A stretch of 64,000 bases of DNA from Candidatus Latescibacterota bacterium (GTDB taxonomy: Bacteria > Latescibacterota > UBA2968 > UBA8231). The translations under genes and the position numbers were made by a program. The DNA lies in NCBI GenBank assembly GCA_965223905.1, contig CBDCXV010000011.1, forward strand, positions 1,632,001 through 1,696,000, given 5' to 3'. The notes under the pieces were generated by a model, which was not told where the DNA came from, did not search any database, and saw nothing but the letters and a program-made list of their open reading frames with translations. Shown one piece after another: positions 38,630 to 47,538 of this stretch; the first letter of the stretch is position 1, and the number at the start of each line of letters is the position of its first letter.

Positions 38630-41600
38630 TGTGTGGTCCCTCCCCCGGCGGCCTCCGCCAGTTTACGGTAGGCAGCCATCTCTTTTTCCGCATCGAAGGC
38701 GCGGTTTCGCCGCGAGGAGAGCCGCGCCAGGATCAGGCGGGAAGCCTCGTGGCTGGAATCCAGACGGATCGCCTGCGCCAAGGCTTCGGCAGCGCGCTCC
38801 ACCTCCCCGGACAGGAGGTAGGCGATGCCGAGGTTGTGGTACACCCGCGCATTCGTCGTACCGCGATCGAGGACCTGCCTGTACACCTCCACCGCTTTTT
38901 CGGTTTGATGCCGCCGCAGGTAGATATTGCCGAGATTGTTGAGAGCTTCGGCGTGATCGTTCCTGATGGAGAGACAGGCCCTGTAGGCCTGCCGGGCGGC
39001 CTCGAAACGCCCCATGCGAGAATACACCGCGCCGAGGTCGTACAACGCCTCCGAGTCGCCGGGGTTGAGAGCGATGGCGGTCTTGTATTTCGACAGTTCC
39101 TCGTCGCTTTCCTGCAGCCGCTTGAAAAAGCCGAGGGTGATCTCACCGCGCGCGGTTTCTCCCTGACCCAAGTACGCCTGGCCGAGGGTGTAGTAGGCTT
39201 CCGCGTCATCCGGGTTCTCGCGAATCGCCCTCATCAGGTGTCTTTCCGCCGCGGCCAGCTCTCCTTGTTCGAGCAACAAAGTGCCCAGTTGCGCGTTTAG
39301 ATCGGCATTGGTCGAGTCCGATTCCAAACCTTTCCGAAGCGCAGCCCGGGCGGCATCGGTACGCCCTGTCCGGAGAAGCACCCGTGCCATCAGTACATGC
39401 AGCTCGTCGTGATCGGATTCGAGAGCTTCGACCTGCCGCAATTGATCCAGGGCCTCGTCGTACCGGGCCTGGATGTAAAGAATGTGAACGAGCCGCATCC
39501 TCAGCTCTGCATTCCCGGGCAGGGCTCGTGCACCTCGCTCGAGAGCCTCGATGGCCGGGCGAAAATCCGTGCGGCGCGCGTGGGTGCCCGCCAGGTTGTA
39601 ATAGGCGAGCTCGTGCCGCGGGTCACGAGCCAGGGCCTGTTCGTAATGCTCGACGGCGCGTCCGAGCTGCTCGCGTCGGACCGCCAGGTTGCCCAGCAAG
39701 TAATGCGGTTCCGCGTTGCCGGGATCGAGCCGCAGGGAATGCTCGAGATGGCGCACGGCCTGGGCGAACGCCCCCCTGCAGCTGGAAACCTTTCCCAGAC
39801 CGATATAGGCGGCTGCGGGCTCGGGCTCCAGCGCCAGCGCCTTCCGATAGTGGGCTTCGGCTTCCGCCTGCCGGCGGACCTGCAGCAGTGCGCCGGCAAG
39901 CTCCAGGTGCGCCCTGGCGCGCCCGGGGGAAGCTTCCGCCAGCGCCTTCAGACTATCGACGTCCCCCGGCACCGCCGCCCGGTGTCGCCGCAGCGACGCG
40001 GGCAAAACCATTGGCGCCCGCTCCCACAGCATCTCGAGAGCGGCCGTGCTCTCGGGGAACTTCCGTGTCGGCCGGCTTTCGCCCCCCCTCTGCGGCGATA
40101 CTGCCTTCAGGGGCCCGGCAGGCTCGATCACCTCGAGAACCTGGTTCGCCGCCACCGAGGATATCTCCTGCCGTATCCCCGACGGCCAGCGGATGGCAAC
40201 ATGGTCGACGCTGTCGTGCTTTCCGAGGCCGAAGAACAGACGTGGATCGCTCTGAGAGAGATAGCCGCTGGCGCTCCGCGCCTCGGAGACCTGGACGCGC
40301 TCACCCGATCGCACCTCGACTCGAGAGCCGTACCCGTCGCGGTTGCTCTCCGTACCCCTCAAGCGCAGGGCGAACCACCTGTTGCCCGTCGAGGTATCGT
40401 TGCGCAGCAGCACGGCTGGCTGAGCCGTGTTGACGACGAACAGGTCGCAATCGCCGTCGTTGTCGTAGTCGGCCACGGCCGAGCCGCGGCCCACCATTTC
40501 CCTGTCGAAGAATGGTCCGGCGCTGTTCGACACGTCGGCGAACCTGCCCGTGCCGTCATTGAGAAACAGCTGGTCTCCCTGTCCATACGCCGCGGCTGCG
40601 TCGAACGCCGCGATGTTTTCGTCTATGTGACCGTTGGCGACGTACAGGTCCCGATCGCCATCGTTGTCGACGTCGAGGAAGTTCGTCCCGAAGGCGAGCC
40701 GATCGAAGCTGGCGGCCCCGATCCCGGCCCCCCTCGCAGCATCCTTGAAGCGGCCGGCACCGAGGTTTCTGTAAAGGGTGTTGCTCTCCCATTGGAAATT
40801 CGTAGCCACGAGATCGAAGAGCCCGTCTCCGTTCACGTCGGCGGCGTCCACACCCATCGTCCCCTCCGGTTTTCCGGCCTCGTTGTAGGCCACCCCCGCG
40901 GGCAAACCGATCTCGGCGAAGCCGGCCTCGCCGTCGTTGCGGTAGAGGAAATTGGGTGTCGCGTCGTTGCCCTGAAACAGGTCGGGATCTCCGTCTTCGT
41001 CGAAATCGAAGAACAGGACTCCAAGCTCCCGGCACTGGAGGTTGACCAGTCCCGCTTCCTCGGTGGCGTCGGCGAACCGGTCGCCGCCGTCGTTGCGATA
41101 CAAGAAGTCCCTTCTGCCCGGATACTCGGTGGGAGCCAGGTGGCGCCGGGGCGTGACGAGCGAGCCGTCCGCCGACAGCGAGTCCTCCTCGAACGCGTAT
41201 TCCAGGTAGTTTGCGACGTAGAGATCGAGATCGCCGTCCAGGTCGTAGTCCGCGAAAGCGCACCCCGTCGACCAGCTGTCGTCATCGGCGAGGGCGCTGC
41301 CACCGGTCACTTCGGTGAATCTCCACCCCTCCCCCCGTCCTCCGTTCCGGTACAGCCTGTTCGGCCCGAAGTTGCTCACGAACAGGTCGGCGTCGCCGTC
41401 GTTGTCGTAATCTCCAGCCGTGACGCCCATGCCGTAGCTCTCGTCCGCCACACCGGCGGTCTCCGCCGCCTCCCCGAAGGTGGCGTTGCCGGCGTTGCGG
41501 TAGAGGGCGTTGCGCGGTTGCGACTGCGATGCGTACCCCGGCAGGTCGGCGCCGTTGACAATGTAGAGATCGAGGTTCCCGTCGTTGTCGTAATCCAGGA

Positions 41601-41883
41601 ATGCAGCCCCTGAACCGATCGTCTCGACCCCGTACTTGCGCCCGGCCATGCCGCTCGTGTGAACGAAGTGTATGCCGGCGGCCCTGGTGACATCCTCGAA
41701 CCGCGGCGACGCCCCCGAATGCAGCCGGGTCCCACGGTCTCGAAAATCGCGGCCGGTTCGACCGGGAGACGAGTCTTCGCCGGATCCTCCCGGGCCTCGC
41801 GGTCCGCCAGATTCAGGTGAACATCCGAAGAGGACGAGAATGCAGGCGAGGGAAGTCCGTGACAGTCCTCGCGGCCGGCTCAC
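38626..41883 (-). CDS. CRTAC1-like (FG-GAP + ASPIC/UnbV) lipoprotein fused to TPR repeats
   Basis: Lipobox LFGC, repeated DYDNDGDxDL motifs, GYLSQSDPRLFFGLG, IRWPSG, then about 480 aa of TPR-like helical repeats. Confidence 0.9.
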   Translation of the reverse strand: MSRPRGLSRTSLACILVLFGCSPESGGPRGPGGSGEDSSPGRTGRDFRDRGTRLHSGASPRFEDVTRAAGIHFVHTSGMAGRKYGVETIGSGAAFLDYDNDGNLDLYIVNGADLPGYASQSQPRNALYRNAGNATFGEAAETAGVADESYGMGVTAGDYDNDGDADLFVSNFGPNRLYRNGGRGEGWRFTEVTGGSALADDDSWSTGCAFADYDLDGDLDLYVANYLEYAFEEDSLSADGSLVTPRRHLAPTEYPGRRDFLYRNDGGDRFADATEEAGLVNLQCRELGVLFFDFDEDGDPDLFQGNDATPNFLYRNDGEAGFAEIGLPAGVAYNEAGKPEGTMGVDAADVNGDGLFDLVATNFQWESNTLYRNLGAGRFKDAARGAGIGAASFDRLAFGTNFLDVDNDGDRDLYVANGHIDENIAAFDAAAAYGQGDQLFLNDGTGRFADVSNSAGPFFDREMVGRGSAVADYDNDGDCDLFVVNTAQPAVLLRNDTSTGNRWFALRLRGTESNRDGYGSRVEVRSGERVQVSEARSASGYLSQSDPRLFFGLGKHDSVDHVAIRWPSGIRQEISSVAANQVLEVIEPAGPLKAVSPQRGGESRPTRKFPESTAALEMLWERAPMVLPASLRRHRAAVPGDVDSLKALAEASPGRARAHLELAGALLQVRRQAEAEAHYRKALALEPEPAAAYIGLGKVSSCRGAFAQAVRHLEHSLRLDPGNAEPHYLLGNLAVRREQLGRAVEHYEQALARDPRHELAYYNLAGTHARRTDFRPAIEALERGARALPGNAELRMRLVHILYIQARYDEALDQLRQVEALESDHDELHVLMARVLLRTGRTDAARAALRKGLESDSTNADLNAQLGTLLLEQGELAAAERHLMRAIRENPDDAEAYYTLGQAYLGQGETARGEITLGFFKRLQESDEELSKYKTAIALNPGDSEALYDLGAVYSRMGRFEAARQAYRACLSIRNDHAEALNNLGNIYLRRHQTEKAVEVYRQVLDRGTTNARVYHNLGIAYLLSGEVERAAEALAQAIRLDSSHEASRLILARLSSRRNRAFDAEKEMAAYRKLAEAAGGGTTQ

Positions 41884-44042
41884 TTGGGGCGGATCCGGAA
41901 CAGATGGGTTGCGAAGGGTGGGTAGTGAACGGAGAAGGAACGGTTCGAGGCCGGGGGAGAGGGATGGTCCATCGTTCCGCGCTCCCCCTTCATGAAATTG
42001 TCGGGACGGCTCTCGAACAGCAGTTCGACCGAGTCGAGTTCAGCCGGAAAGGTCCAGGTGGCGTTCAGCGCCGCCTCGTCGATGTTCACCGTCAGCAGCA
42101 CGTATCCGCCGCCGGGATGCGGCTTGAGCATGGCGCGGATGTCGGCCTCGGTGATCTGGCGCCCCGGTGTGTCGATCGTCAGGGAGTACTCGAGCTCGGG
42201 ACCGACCGTGGGCGCCAGGAGGACGGGTATCAGCTCGTGCAGCTCGGAATTGATCTGCGCCGCCGCGGCCCACAGCGATCTCGACTGGAGCACCTGGGTC
42301 GCCGAGGCGATCGATGACCGCTCGTTCCTCTCCGCGTGTTCGGGATCCCCTGCCGGGGCCGGGCTTATGCCGATCACCTGTCCCCCGCGGGACTGCCAGC
42401 CGTCCCAGGCGAAGAAGATGATTCCGGTGGCGCCGTGAATCAGGGCCGCGTACACGGCAGCCCTCAGTTCCATCTCCGTAGGAAAGCGGAAATAGGAGTC
42501 CGCGGCGCCCAGCGGCTGCTCGAAGGCGGGGGCGATGTACCATACCGGCTTTTTCTGCTCTACCGCCGTGGCCGCAGCCCACACCGTTCGCGGCACTCCG
42601 ACCGAGGGTGAGGACAATTCGCTGATCCTGGCCTTTGCGTTTTTGAACGGGTAGTTGTCGAGACTGGCGATGTCGCTCCGGCGGATCCACTCGCCCCAGC
42701 CGTTCTGCGGCGCGTCGGGCACCGGTGACATGTTGAGAAACACCGGCAGGTCGGGGAACAGCTTTTTCACCGCGGCCTCGTTCTTCTCCCATGTCCGCCG
42801 CCATCCGTTCTGGATTTCGTCGAGAGGATCGTTGTGCGTCTTTCCCGAGCCGGTGGTGAAGACGAAGGGCTCGTCGATGGCGTAGTTCGCCAGGATTCTC
42901 TCGCGCCGAAAGCCCTTCAGCGCCGCCCGCTTCTCCCAGAATTCGTCGTCGCCATACCCCTGCCAGAGGAGCTGCAGATCGTACTCCTCGATCTTCTGCA
43001 CGGCCTTGTCGTCCGGCATGTGGGGTGCCTGGATGCAGTTGTACCCCGCTGTTTTCAAGCTGTCGAAGTCCGCTTCGCAGGCCCCGCTGTATATGCCGAT
43101 CGGGAAGAACGACCTAGCTGGATCGTACTCCATCAACAACCGGCCCTGGGCATCGGTGTGCGGCACACCGTCTCGATACAGTGTCTGTACCCCGGCCGGC
43201 CGCGGCTGCCGCCTCCACTCGGGTACCGGTCCTTCCGCCGGGGCGGGAACGTGACCCCACTGGACGATGGACCCGTCGCCGCGCAGCGCCAGGCTGTGCC
43301 ATCCACCGCCGGCGACGGCGACGAAATCGCTGCCTCCGGGGACATCGCATTGGCCGTACCGGTTGAATCCCCAGGCGCACACCGACCCGTCTTCGCGCAG
43401 GCCGAGGCAGTGATGCCTCCCCGCGGCGACGGCGGTGAACCCCCCGTCCCCTGGTTGTTCGACGATTTCTTCTTTCGGCCGGAACTCTCCCCACACGGCT
43501 GCGGTTCCGTCTCCCCTCAAGCCGACGAAGTGATACATGCCGCCGTCGATGGCGACGAACTCGCCGCCGGGGACATCGCAGGCGCCGCCGTCGGCGAACC
43601 CCCACGCGGCGACGGATCGGTCCCGCCGCAGACCGGCAGCGTTGCGTGTGGTCGCGGCCAGCGCGGTGAAATCGGCATCCCCGGGAAGATCGAGCTGGCC
43701 GTGGCTGTTGCGGCCCCACCCCAGTATGGAGCCGTCACCGCGGGCGGCGAGGCTGAACTCCTGGTTTGCGGCGACGGCGGCGAACTCATCCCCTTCGGGA
43801 GCCTCGCTCTCGCCGCACTCGTTCCTGCCCCAGGCCGCGAGCGTGCCGTCCCGCCTGACCGCCACGCTGTGAAAGTGCCCCGCGGCCATGGCGGTGAACT
43901 CGCCGTCCGGCGGACTTGCCTGGCTGTCGTCATTCCACCCCCATCCCGCCATCGATCCCTCGGCGCGCAGGGCCAGGCTGTGGTAGCCGCCGCCTGCGAT
44001 CAGTTTGAACTCGTAGCCCTCCGGGGCAGCTGCTGTGGCCAT
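41880..44042 (-). CDS. RCC1/BLIP-II repeat protein with a C-terminal glycoside-hydrolase-like domain, paralog A
   Basis: Repeats AAGxxHSLALRxDGSxxxWGxNxxGQ; then FFPIGIY, YAIDEP, DNYP, PVWYIAPAF, ELRAAVYAALIHGATGIIFF. Confidence 0.8.
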   Translation of the reverse strand: MATAAAPEGYEFKLIAGGGYHSLALRAEGSMAGWGWNDDSQASPPDGEFTAMAAGHFHSVAVRRDGTLAAWGRNECGESEAPEGDEFAAVAANQEFSLAARGDGSILGWGRNSHGQLDLPGDADFTALAATTRNAAGLRRDRSVAAWGFADGGACDVPGGEFVAIDGGMYHFVGLRGDGTAAVWGEFRPKEEIVEQPGDGGFTAVAAGRHHCLGLREDGSVCAWGFNRYGQCDVPGGSDFVAVAGGGWHSLALRGDGSIVQWGHVPAPAEGPVPEWRRQPRPAGVQTLYRDGVPHTDAQGRLLMEYDPARSFFPIGIYSGACEADFDSLKTAGYNCIQAPHMPDDKAVQKIEEYDLQLLWQGYGDDEFWEKRAALKGFRRERILANYAIDEPFVFTTGSGKTHNDPLDEIQNGWRRTWEKNEAAVKKLFPDLPVFLNMSPVPDAPQNGWGEWIRRSDIASLDNYPFKNAKARISELSSPSVGVPRTVWAAATAVEQKKPVWYIAPAFEQPLGAADSYFRFPTEMELRAAVYAALIHGATGIIFFAWDGWQSRGGQVIGISPAPAGDPEHAERNERSSIASATQVLQSRSLWAAAAQINSELHELIPVLLAPTVGPELEYSLTIDTPGRQITEADIRAMLKPHPGGGYVLLTVNIDEAALNATWTFPAELDSVELLFESRPDNFMKGERGTMDHPSPPASNRSFSVHYPPFATHLFRIRPK

Positions 44043-44142
44043 CTTCTAGCTTTCGTCTGTAGAGGGACTCACCCGGGCGGAAACCCGGCGGATCTCGCCC
44101 AGGTGAGGGGGAGGAAAGGTCCGCGGTCTGACTGCTGCCATG

Positions 44143-45234
44143 TCACAGGTGCCGATTCTTCTCGAATTCCCTGTCGCGCAGGTAGAGATAGATCAGAGCC
44201 ATGGCATCTTGATCCCGCCCGCTGGTGTTGTCGTAATTGCTGACCAGGGCGTATTCGTGATCTGCATACACCGGTATCCCGGTCGGACTCGAAAAAAAAC
44301 CGGTCTTCTTCAAGCCGATCCTGTCGTCGAAGTTCTCGATTTCGCTCTCGAACAGAACTTCGTCGTTTGTCAGATCCTTCAGAATCATGGACTTGGCAAA
44401 TGGATGCATGTGTACGGCTATGAAATGGATGGTTGTGTCGAACTGGAGATCCAGCATTTCGGTGATCAGGGTGCTTCTGGTTTCCTCGCCGGGTTCGAGT
44501 ACCCAGTGATAGGTGAAGTTCTGGCCGTGCTCATCCCGGCGCACCATCTTCATCTGGTCCGATGAATCGATCCCCGGCAAGCAGGCCGCTTCTTCCTGTA
44601 CCGCGTCCGCCTCCATCGTACCGAAGTACGCTTTCGTCCCCTCAAGCGAAGCGTAGACCGCAGCCTCCGACTGGTACAGAGGAATCAGCTCTTCGGTCGT
44701 ATCGCTGTCTTCGATGTAGGAAATCACATTCTTGTAGCGGAGTTTCAGCGGACTGTGAATGCCGACGGTATCCACGTTCATGTTCAATACCTGATTGTCC
44801 AGCCTGAACTTTTCGTTTCCCATCACCGGAATACCGAAACCCTGCGCAAACTCCACTTCAACCTGACCCTGCGAAATCGTGAACAGCCTGCCGTATTTGT
44901 GCCTCGTGGATCTCAACGTTTTCGCCCCGCTGGTCGACGCGTCGTACTTGAAATTCGAGTGACACATGAACTCCTGGGACAGCTGTTTCCGGCCATCCGG
45001 GCTCACGACGACAGAGCGAAAACCGGTGATCCAGAACAGGTTTGCCTCATTCGAGAAGGGGACCGCCCAGCCCGACATCACAGGGCCCATCATCGATTTG
45101 TATATCCCGTCGACCGTAAACAGGCGCGACATGATCGTCTTTTCAGAAATCTCAGCCGGCTGCGTGTGCTTGCCGGTACATGCCGCACTTGCAAGCGATG
45201 CCGCAATCGAAAAGAGAACCATCCGCGATTTCAT
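44143..45234 (-). CDS. Exported PHM/DBH-like (type II copper monooxygenase-like) protein
   Basis: Start MKSRMVLFSIAASLASAAC (lipoprotein-like). EFMCHSN, IHFIAVHMHPF (HxH), YDNTSGRDQDAMA (Met ligand position). Confidence 0.65.
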   Translation of the reverse strand: MKSRMVLFSIAASLASAACTGKHTQPAEISEKTIMSRLFTVDGIYKSMMGPVMSGWAVPFSNEANLFWITGFRSVVVSPDGRKQLSQEFMCHSNFKYDASTSGAKTLRSTRHKYGRLFTISQGQVEVEFAQGFGIPVMGNEKFRLDNQVLNMNVDTVGIHSPLKLRYKNVISYIEDSDTTEELIPLYQSEAAVYASLEGTKAYFGTMEADAVQEEAACLPGIDSSDQMKMVRRDEHGQNFTYHWVLEPGEETRSTLITEMLDLQFDTTIHFIAVHMHPFAKSMILKDLTNDEVLFESEIENFDDRIGLKKTGFFSSPTGIPVYADHEYALVSNYDNTSGRDQDAMALIYLYLRDREFEKNRHL

Positions 45235-45625
45235 CCGATCCCCCGGGGTTATGGCGGGTGCTCCCCGGTACAATCCTTGCCGATGACGGAACCGGGAAGC
45301 ACCGGCATGTACGGTAAAGTCGCTTTGAAGGCGGTGCCGGGCAATCAGTACCGAGGAGCTTTTTGCTGTCCAGGCCAATGAATTCCCGAACAAGCCGCCG
45401 AGGAGGCTTCGACCTGTTCCTCGTCCCGGTCAACGCAGCCGAGTCGCCGAACGCGGTCTCCGATGCCGGCCATGCCCAACCGCGTCCGCAGCGAAAGCGT
45501 TACGTCGATTTCGACCACGGGCGCGATTTCCTGCCGGGCCTACCTCGAAGATGCGACCGACGATCTTGCTGCAGCCCCTCCGATAGCGGCGAAGAGGAAG
45601 CCCGGTTGCTGCCGCCGACCCTGAG

Positions 45626-47338
45626 ATGATTCGAAGCCGAAGCTCCCTCGGATTCAGCGGAGCCGCGCTCTGCATTGCGTGTGGAGTCGATGACGGACCC
45701 GACGCGGCCCGGGATTCGGTGACCTTCAACAAGGATATCGCACCCGTCGTCTTCCAGCACTGCGCCCCCTGCCACCGGCCAGGGGAATCGGCGCCGTTCA
45801 GCCTGCTCACCTACAGCGATGTCAGGAAACGGGCACGCCTCATTGCCGAGGTGACCGGAAAACGCTACATGCCGCCGTGGAAGCCGGAGCACGGATACGG
45901 TGATTTTGTGGGGGTGCGCCGATTGAGCGAGGCCCAGATCGGGCAGATTCGGCGCTGGGCGGAGGAAGGGGCGCCGGAAGGGGAGCCTGAGGAGCTGCCG
46001 GAGCCTCCGGAGTGGGCGGAGGGCTGGCAGTTGGGCGTACCTGATCTCGTGGTGGAGATGCCGCAGACCTACACCCTGCAAGCAGGCGGAAGCGATCTGT
46101 TTCGCAACTTCGTGATCCCCCTGCCGCTGACCGAGCCGCGGCACGTCGTCGCCGTTGAGCTGCGGCCGGGCAATCCCCGCATCGTCCACCATGCCGTCAT
46201 CATGTTCGATCGAACCGGCGTCGCCAGAAAACGGGATGCCCTTGACCCCGGACCGGGTTTCGAGGGCATGGATTTCGGCCACGCCCTCAAGCCTGACGGG
46301 CACTTTCTCGGCTGGGCTCCCGGTACCATGCCGTTTGCCGTGCCGGACAGCCTGGCCTGGACGGCTCATCCCGGGACCGACCTCGTGCTGTTGCTGCACC
46401 TGCTTCCCAGCGGCAAGCCGGAGCCTGTAAGGGCGAAGGCGGGCTTTTTTTTCAGCGAGGAACCGCCGACCCGCACTCCCGTCCTGCTGCGGATGAGCCG
46501 CAGGGACATCGACATCCCCGCGGGTTCTCCGGACTTCGAAATCGAGGATACCTATCTGCTGCCCGTCGACGTCCACGTCCTGAGCCTGTTTCCTCACGCC
46601 CACTACCTCGCCAGGACCGTCGAGGCCTTTGCCCTGCTGCCGGGAGGGGACAGGAGGTGGCTCATCCGCATCGAAGACTGGGACTTCAACTGGCAGGACT
46701 ACTACCGGTATGTCAGACCGGTCTTCCTGCCCAGGGGAGCGAGGGTGGTCATGCGTTACAGGTACGACAACTCCGGCTCCAATGTGCGCAATCTCAACGA
46801 CCCGCCGCGGCGCGTTCTGTTCGGGGTCCGGTCGAGCGACGAAATGGCCGACCTCGTCCTGCAGGTGCTGCCCCTCGACGAGGCCGATCACGGCACCTTG
46901 AAGAGGGACTTCTCGCGCAAGTGGCTGGAGCAGGAAATCGCCGGCTACGAAACCCTGCTGGGAGTCGATCCCGGAAACGCCGGCCATCGGCTCGGTCTGG
47001 GGTCGCTTTACCTGGCCGCAGGCGACGCGAACAGGGCCCTGGGGCAGTTCGAGAAGGCGCTCAGCCTCGAGCCTGCCTACGCCGAGACTCACGTCAACAT
47101 GGCGGTCGCCCTGGCGACGCGACAGCAGTACGCGCCGGCGCAGAAGCACCTGCGGCGGGCCCTCGAGCTGCGGCCGGACCATGCCGAGGCTCACTACAAT
47201 CTCGCCATCGTCCTCGGACAGGTCGGAGAGCTCGACAGCGCTCTCCGCCACTTCGAGTCGGCTGCCCGCCTGCGCCCGGAGCGGGAAGCGGAGATCCGCG
47301 AGATCGCCGCCGGCCTCGCCGGCAGACTCGGTCCCTGA
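45626..47338 (+). CDS. Exported protein: c-type heme motif + type II copper monooxygenase-like domain + TPR
   Basis: TFNKDIAPV...HCAPCH, MPPW, IVHHA, PHAHYLA, WDFNWQ..Y, YDNS..N..N, SSDEMA, C-terminal TPRs. Confidence 0.8.
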   Translation: MIRSRSSLGFSGAALCIACGVDDGPDAARDSVTFNKDIAPVVFQHCAPCHRPGESAPFSLLTYSDVRKRARLIAEVTGKRYMPPWKPEHGYGDFVGVRRLSEAQIGQIRRWAEEGAPEGEPEELPEPPEWAEGWQLGVPDLVVEMPQTYTLQAGGSDLFRNFVIPLPLTEPRHVVAVELRPGNPRIVHHAVIMFDRTGVARKRDALDPGPGFEGMDFGHALKPDGHFLGWAPGTMPFAVPDSLAWTAHPGTDLVLLLHLLPSGKPEPVRAKAGFFFSEEPPTRTPVLLRMSRRDIDIPAGSPDFEIEDTYLLPVDVHVLSLFPHAHYLARTVEAFALLPGGDRRWLIRIEDWDFNWQDYYRYVRPVFLPRGARVVMRYRYDNSGSNVRNLNDPPRRVLFGVRSSDEMADLVLQVLPLDEADHGTLKRDFSRKWLEQEIAGYETLLGVDPGNAGHRLGLGSLYLAAGDANRALGQFEKALSLEPAYAETHVNMAVALATRQQYAPAQKHLRRALELRPDHAEAHYNLAIVLGQVGELDSALRHFESAARLRPEREAEIREIAAGLAGRLGP

Positions 47339-47538
47339 GGTCCGCGGGGCGACATTCCTGGACGAAGAGCGTCCCCTTGAACATCTACCAAGCCGATCGG
47401 CGTCGACGAGCTTCCACATATTGGAGATCCTCGCCGTTTTGTGGAGATTGTCGCAACGCGTCACGTACCGACCAGCGGAAACCCCCGTAAGGAACGCGAT
47501 CAGTTGGATCCCCTGACCCGGCCCCTGGAGACGACATC

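Noticed and set aside
45363-45629. 88-aa ORF overlapping the start of the heme-c monooxygenase gene, considered as a precursor peptide substrate
   Set aside because: No leader/core pattern or C-terminal Gly, no clear RBS and atypical composition; it cannot be supported.
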